From a virus (Duplodnaviria > Caudoviricetes): a stretch of DNA of 25,869 nt. The notes below the pieces were generated by a model. That model had not been told where the DNA came from, made no database searches, and was given only the letters and a program-made list of their open reading frames with translations. Shown piece after piece: positions 22,105 to 25,869 of this stretch. How positions within the stretch are numbered: position 1 is the first letter of the stretch; every line of letters begins with the position of its first letter. The stretch covers positions 1 to 25,869 of IMG/VR virus record IMGVR_UViG_3300044674_000385; one strand, given 5' to 3'. The translations under genes were made by a program, and so were the position numbers.

Positions 22105-22862
22105 TGTACATTAATCTCGCTTACTGGTATACCCGCACCATATCTTGTATTGGTTAGGTAATCATACATTACATCACCTGGTTTAGTCATTGTGTTTGAC
22201 AGTTTAAATTTGATATCTCTACCTATTGTTGTTAATTTGTTTTTAGCATCATATTGTATTCTTAAGATACAAAAGATTGTATCATTCATTTGATCAGTAG
22301 ACGACCAGCCTGGCATAATATCATATGCGTTACTGGTATTGCCTGTTGACTCACTTGTAAAACTTGTAGGACTAGTGCTTGATCCATTGAATGGATAAAC
22401 TTTTATTTTGTTTTGCCAAACACTGCTTGAATTACCATTGTCATCATAAATTAAATCACTGGTTATACCATCACTCTTAAAACTGATTCTAAAATTATCA
22501 AAATATATTTCTTCAAAACTTATTACACTAGGAGCAGTGCTAATTAAACGTCCTGTCTTTTCACAAAGAGCAAGACAGATAAACATTGCTGTGTTATTGT
22601 CTGCTAGTCTAGCATCTACAATCTTACCACTGATATAACCACTACCATATAACACAGGTAATGAATATTGTGTGTCTGGATCAATAGTTACTTCAGTGCC
22701 TTGAGGTGTTGTATCCTTGTTTGCTTTGTTAGCACTTTTGTTTAGGCGATTCAAAGCATAACCTAGCAGTGCTGTTCTTGCTAAACTACTGCCAATACTG
22801 TTTCCTTTTAGAAAACCAAATGCCTGTTTGCCTACACTTTTTATGCTATCTATAAAACTCAT
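22101..22862 (-). CDS. Tail tip protein, N-terminal part (gpI/J-like)
   Basis: LPVLYGSGYISG, ALCE, C-terminal KPGDVMYDYLTNTRYGAGI. Confidence 0.75.
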   Translation of the reverse strand: MSFIDSIKSVGKQAFGFLKGNSIGSSLARTALLGYALNRLNKSANKANKDTTPQGTEVTIDPDTQYSLPVLYGSGYISGKIVDARLADNNTAMFICLALCEKTGRLISTAPSVISFEEIYFDNFRISFKSDGITSDLIYDDNGNSSSVWQNKIKVYPFNGSSTSPTSFTSESTGNTSNAYDIMPGWSSTDQMNDTIFCILRIQYDAKNKLTTIGRDIKFKLSNTMTKPGDVMYDYLTNTRYGAGIPVSEINVQ

Positions 22863-23455
22863 TAAGGTGCTCCAAAATCAAATTTAGTGCCTTTTAGTGT
22901 AGGCACTCTACTCATTGCTGTGTCAGTTGGATAAAATTTTTGATGACTTTCTGGATTTGTTTTTCTACCTGATATCTTTTGAGATAACAAATCAACAGTG
23001 CTGGCACATTCTAACAATACTAAATTAGTAGCATCTCTTTCTTCAAGATCAAATTCTTCTTGTAGAGAGTAGTTGTTTACACTACCTATAAATCTTGCTT
23101 CAACTGTGTCAATCAAAGTATCTGTAGCAACATCAAAATAACCACGATATATTTTTATAGGAGCACTTTTAATTTTACTGTGAACAATTTCGTTAATGCT
23201 GTTAGTAGGCACACCTGAAAGTGTTACTGTAATTGTGTTTGAACTTGCTCTTAATTCACTTGAACTAGGAGATATGTTTAGTAATTTGCCAAGAGGTATA
23301 TAACTTTCACTATTGATTACAATAGTTGAATCAAAGTCGCTAAATGTTAAAACTTGAGGAGAATATGAACCGCCACTGCCTGTTCTATATTCATCTATCT
23401 GTAGTCTAACAAATAGGCCTGTTTTGACACTTGTATATGTGTCTAAGTTTGCCAT
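22862..23455 (-). CDS. Tail hub/gpL-like minor tail protein
   Basis: ITVTLSGVP, IKIYRGYFD, RFIGSV, GRKTNPESHQKFYPTDTAMSRV; second gene after the tape measure. Confidence 0.7.
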   Translation of the reverse strand: MANLDTYTSVKTGLFVRLQIDEYRTGSGGSYSPQVLTFSDFDSTIVINSESYIPLGKLLNISPSSSELRASSNTITVTLSGVPTNSINEIVHSKIKSAPIKIYRGYFDVATDTLIDTVEARFIGSVNNYSLQEEFDLEERDATNLVLLECASTVDLLSQKISGRKTNPESHQKFYPTDTAMSRVPTLKGTKFDFGAP

Positions 23456-23836
23456 CTATACCTCCACAAAAACAAATGGACCGCTCCATCTTACTTGGTC
23501 ATATCCAAACAATTCCCATTGAGGGAAAGCAACACAAATTACATTGTAATTTTCTTCACTGCCTCCTGGGTCAACGTTTCCATAATACCAAGGTACTCTA
23601 GAATATAGAATACTAATGTTATCTGTTGTGTGTCTATCTAAAGCCTCAGCACTTTCAATGTCTGATTTGTAGTCACTCCAACGTGGTCCATCTGGTAGTC
23701 TTACTGTAAATATCTTTTTAGGTGTTCCACGACTCACAGCTTTGACTGTTCCGTTTCTAGATTGTGTGCTTGCCACAGTATCAAGTCTATTGATACTTAA
23801 ATTTGTAGCGTTGTTGAATATCCATTGAAAACTCAT
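23456..23836 (-). CDS. Distal tail protein (Dit/gpM-like)
   Basis: 126 aa immediately after the tape measure; SRNG and terminal WSGPFVFVEV. Confidence 0.65.
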   Translation of the reverse strand: MSFQWIFNNATNLSINRLDTVASTQSRNGTVKAVSRGTPKKIFTVRLPDGPRWSDYKSDIESAEALDRHTTDNISILYSRVPWYYGNVDPGGSEENYNVICVAFPQWELFGYDQVRWSGPFVFVEV

Positions 23837-23840
23837 CTAT

Positions 23841-25869
23841 CTATCTCCCTACTGGTACTTTTCTAGCACCTTGTGATGCTACTGCGTGAATAAAGCCAGG
23901 ATCACTTGCTACTAACTGTTTGAAACTTCTAGCATCTACTGCGTTAATATTATATGTTACATTGCCTCCTCCAGCACCTAAAGGAGTAACAGTGCCTGGA
24001 CCTGATACTAGTTCAGGACCATTTTCACCAACAACACCAAATGTGCCTGCTGGTATCATACCACCATTAGCAAAGAAACCACTAAACATTCTGCCTAGTT
24101 GACTTCCTCCACCTCCAGCACCACCAAATCCACTGAATGTTTGGGCAATCAACTGTTGAATTTGACTTCTCAATAATTGTTCTAGAATATCATTGATTAG
24201 GTCTTTGAATTCTAGTTTACCTGTTTTAACAAAATTAACAATGGTATCTTCCATTCCTTTTGTAACTTTGTTAAACATTTCGCCTGCTTTCTTAGCGGCG
24301 TTTGTAGCATTGTCTTGATAACTTTGGAATGCTTCTTTCCAACCATATTCAAATGAACGTTGATATTCTCTTTGTTGTTTGGCAGTTTCAGTTATCTTTT
24401 CAAATGCTTTTGTTGCTTCATTTTCTAGAATTTTGATTTCAGCAAGGTATTGATCAGTTGTAATTAAACCATCTTCCCATAGGTATTTGATCTTTCTAAT
24501 ACTTGCCGCTAGTTTATCATCAATACTACGACGTATACCTTCAAGTTCTCTTTGAAATGGTGTTAGTTTAAGATCTTGTAGAGCATTATCTGCTTCTCTG
24601 ATCATATCATTAAAGTCTTGTTGTAACTTTCTATGATTGTCAGTTAACAGTATACTTGCTTCTTGCTGTTGACGTATTTCTTCACGTAACTCTAGTTCTT
24701 GTCTTAAACCGCCTAGTGTTTCATTATACAGATCAGTAATTAAACCAATTTGCTTTTCAATCTCATCTGCTTGTGCTCTGCTTTCTTGAGTGTCTTTTGC
24801 TCTTAATTCTGTAATTTCTCTTTGTAAAGGATTAATTGTGTTATAATATCTTTGTGTGAAGGCATTTAATTCTCTTTGAACATTGGCTTGACTTTCTGTC
24901 ATCTTTAACAATTTGCCTTCTTGTTCAACAGATAATTTTAACGCATTTACACCTTCTTCATAGGTAGCAAAGTAATCAATAGCACTTTTTGTTACTTCGT
25001 CTTGTTTATTTTTTAATTCTTCTAGTTGAGCTCTAAAATCTGTAGTAGCACCAGCATCAACTTCAGGTGCTTGTGTTAGAGGTCCATCTGGAATTTGAAA
25101 TGCGTCGCCTTGATTTTTAAGGTTTTCTAAATCTTCACCTAGTTTTTTAATTGCGTCAGATGATTCAGATGTAGCTTCTTCAATTTGATCAACAATCACT
25201 AATGCGGCCGTAACACCTGCGGCAACTTTTACTAAACCAACACCTGTAACACCTTGTAACAAGGCACCTGCTGTTGCCGCTTTCCTAAATCCATCAGCAA
25301 GTTGTAGAACACTGCCTGCTATGTTTAAGATTACGCCTGCTGTAGCGTATGTAAACACACCACCAATAATAGCGGCAAGATATTTTAAGTTTTCAACTAG
25401 GAATGTAATTGTAGCACCAAAGCCAGCACCTAGTGTTTCAATTAATTCATTATTTTTTTCTATGAAAGCAGTTATGCTAAAAACTGCTTGTGTTAACGCA
25501 TCATTAAAACCGCCTTCACCAAAAGTATCTGCCGCACCTTGTAATGCGTCACCTAGGTTACTAAATGCTTGACTTAGATTGTTGGCTCTTTGTTCAGAAG
25601 AACCACTAAATGTTTCACTTAGTCCTTCTTCTAAAGCACGTAGGATAATTTGTGCTCCTTCAGCACTTTGTCCTAATTTTGAAATTTCTAATCTACTGAT
25701 TCCTAGTTTTTCTGCTAGGATTGTGAATACAGGAATACCTCTATCACCTAATCTGTTTAAATCTTCTAGTCCTAATCCACCAGCAGTTGTTCTAGCATAC
25801 AAATCAGTTATGGCCTGTAAAGCACCAACACTATCTGCGGAAACACTTGCTACATCAGCAAATAAACGT
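23841..25869 (-). CDS. Tape measure protein, main part (N-terminus at 498..1)
   Basis: LEDLNRLGDRGIPV tape-measure domain, long coiled coil, lambda gpH-like C-terminus (GWKEAFQSY...FVKTGKLEFKDL...FANGG...VVGENGPEL). Confidence 0.93.
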   Translation of the reverse strand, partial: RLFADVASVSADSVGALQAITDLYARTTAGGLGLEDLNRLGDRGIPVFTILAEKLGISRLEISKLGQSAEGAQIILRALEEGLSETFSGSSEQRANNLSQAFSNLGDALQGAADTFGEGGFNDALTQAVFSITAFIEKNNELIETLGAGFGATITFLVENLKYLAAIIGGVFTYATAGVILNIAGSVLQLADGFRKAATAGALLQGVTGVGLVKVAAGVTAALVIVDQIEEATSESSDAIKKLGEDLENLKNQGDAFQIPDGPLTQAPEVDAGATTDFRAQLEELKNKQDEVTKSAIDYFATYEEGVNALKLSVEQEGKLLKMTESQANVQRELNAFTQRYYNTINPLQREITELRAKDTQESRAQADEIEKQIGLITDLYNETLGGLRQELELREEIRQQQEASILLTDNHRKLQQDFNDMIREADNALQDLKLTPFQRELEGIRRSIDDKLAASIRKIKYLWEDGLITTDQYLAEIKILENEATKAFEKITETAKQQREYQRSFEYGWKEAFQSYQDNATNAAKKAGEMFNKVTKGMEDTIVNFVKTGKLEFKDLINDILEQLLRSQIQQLIAQTFSGFGGAGGGGSQLGRMFSGFFANGGMIPAGTFGVVGENGPELVSGPGTVTPLGAGGGNVTYNINAVDARSFKQLVASDPGFIHAVASQGARKVPVGR
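25689..25869. repeat. Terminal direct repeat, right copy
   Basis: 179/181 identical to 1-181. Confidence 0.97.

Noticed and set aside
35-25572. All + strand ORFs in the track
   Set aside because: They are antisense shadows of well-supported - strand genes or overlap structured non-coding regions, and lack RBSs and recognisable motifs
1-25869. Gene transfer agent or integrated prophage remnant
   Set aside because: No host flanks, integrase or att-like context; the sequence closes on itself within an intact gene and shows no pseudogenes
1-25869. Stop-codon reassignment
   Set aside because: Genes tile densely under code 11 with TAA, TAG and TGA all used as true stops; the apparent gaps are explained by short ORFs, a frameshift and RNAs

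Overview
The window is a complete, circularly permuted ~25,688-bp siphovirus-like genome. Bases 1-181 recur at 25689-25869, and the tape-measure gene reads through that junction. All credible genes lie on the - strand. It encodes a full virion: TerS, TerL, portal, scaffold, major capsid, head-tail connector, tail terminator, tail tube, G/GT chaperones with a -1 frameshift, tape measure, distal tail, hub/tip proteins and several fibre/adhesin proteins. It also has a few small accessory genes (FkbM-family methyltransferase, HNH-like protein, zinc-finger proteins, membrane peptides). I can recognise no DNA polymerase, primase, helicase, replication initiator, integrase, repressor, sigma factor or endolysin. 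Instead, nearly every sizeable intergenic gap carries a T4-type late-promoter core (TAAATA) in the coding orientation. Two proteins end in motifs resembling T4/RB69 sliding-clamp-binding tails. A ~630-bp non-coding control region holds a consensus sigma70 promoter, a pseudoknotted ~300-nt RNA, GCA/GCAA-loop hairpins and a terminated sRNA with antisense loops. Best hypothesis (inference): a 'virophage-like' satellite that builds its own particle but borrows replication, late transcription and lysis from a T4-like helper phage. Protein calls rest on motif recognition and synteny, not database searches.
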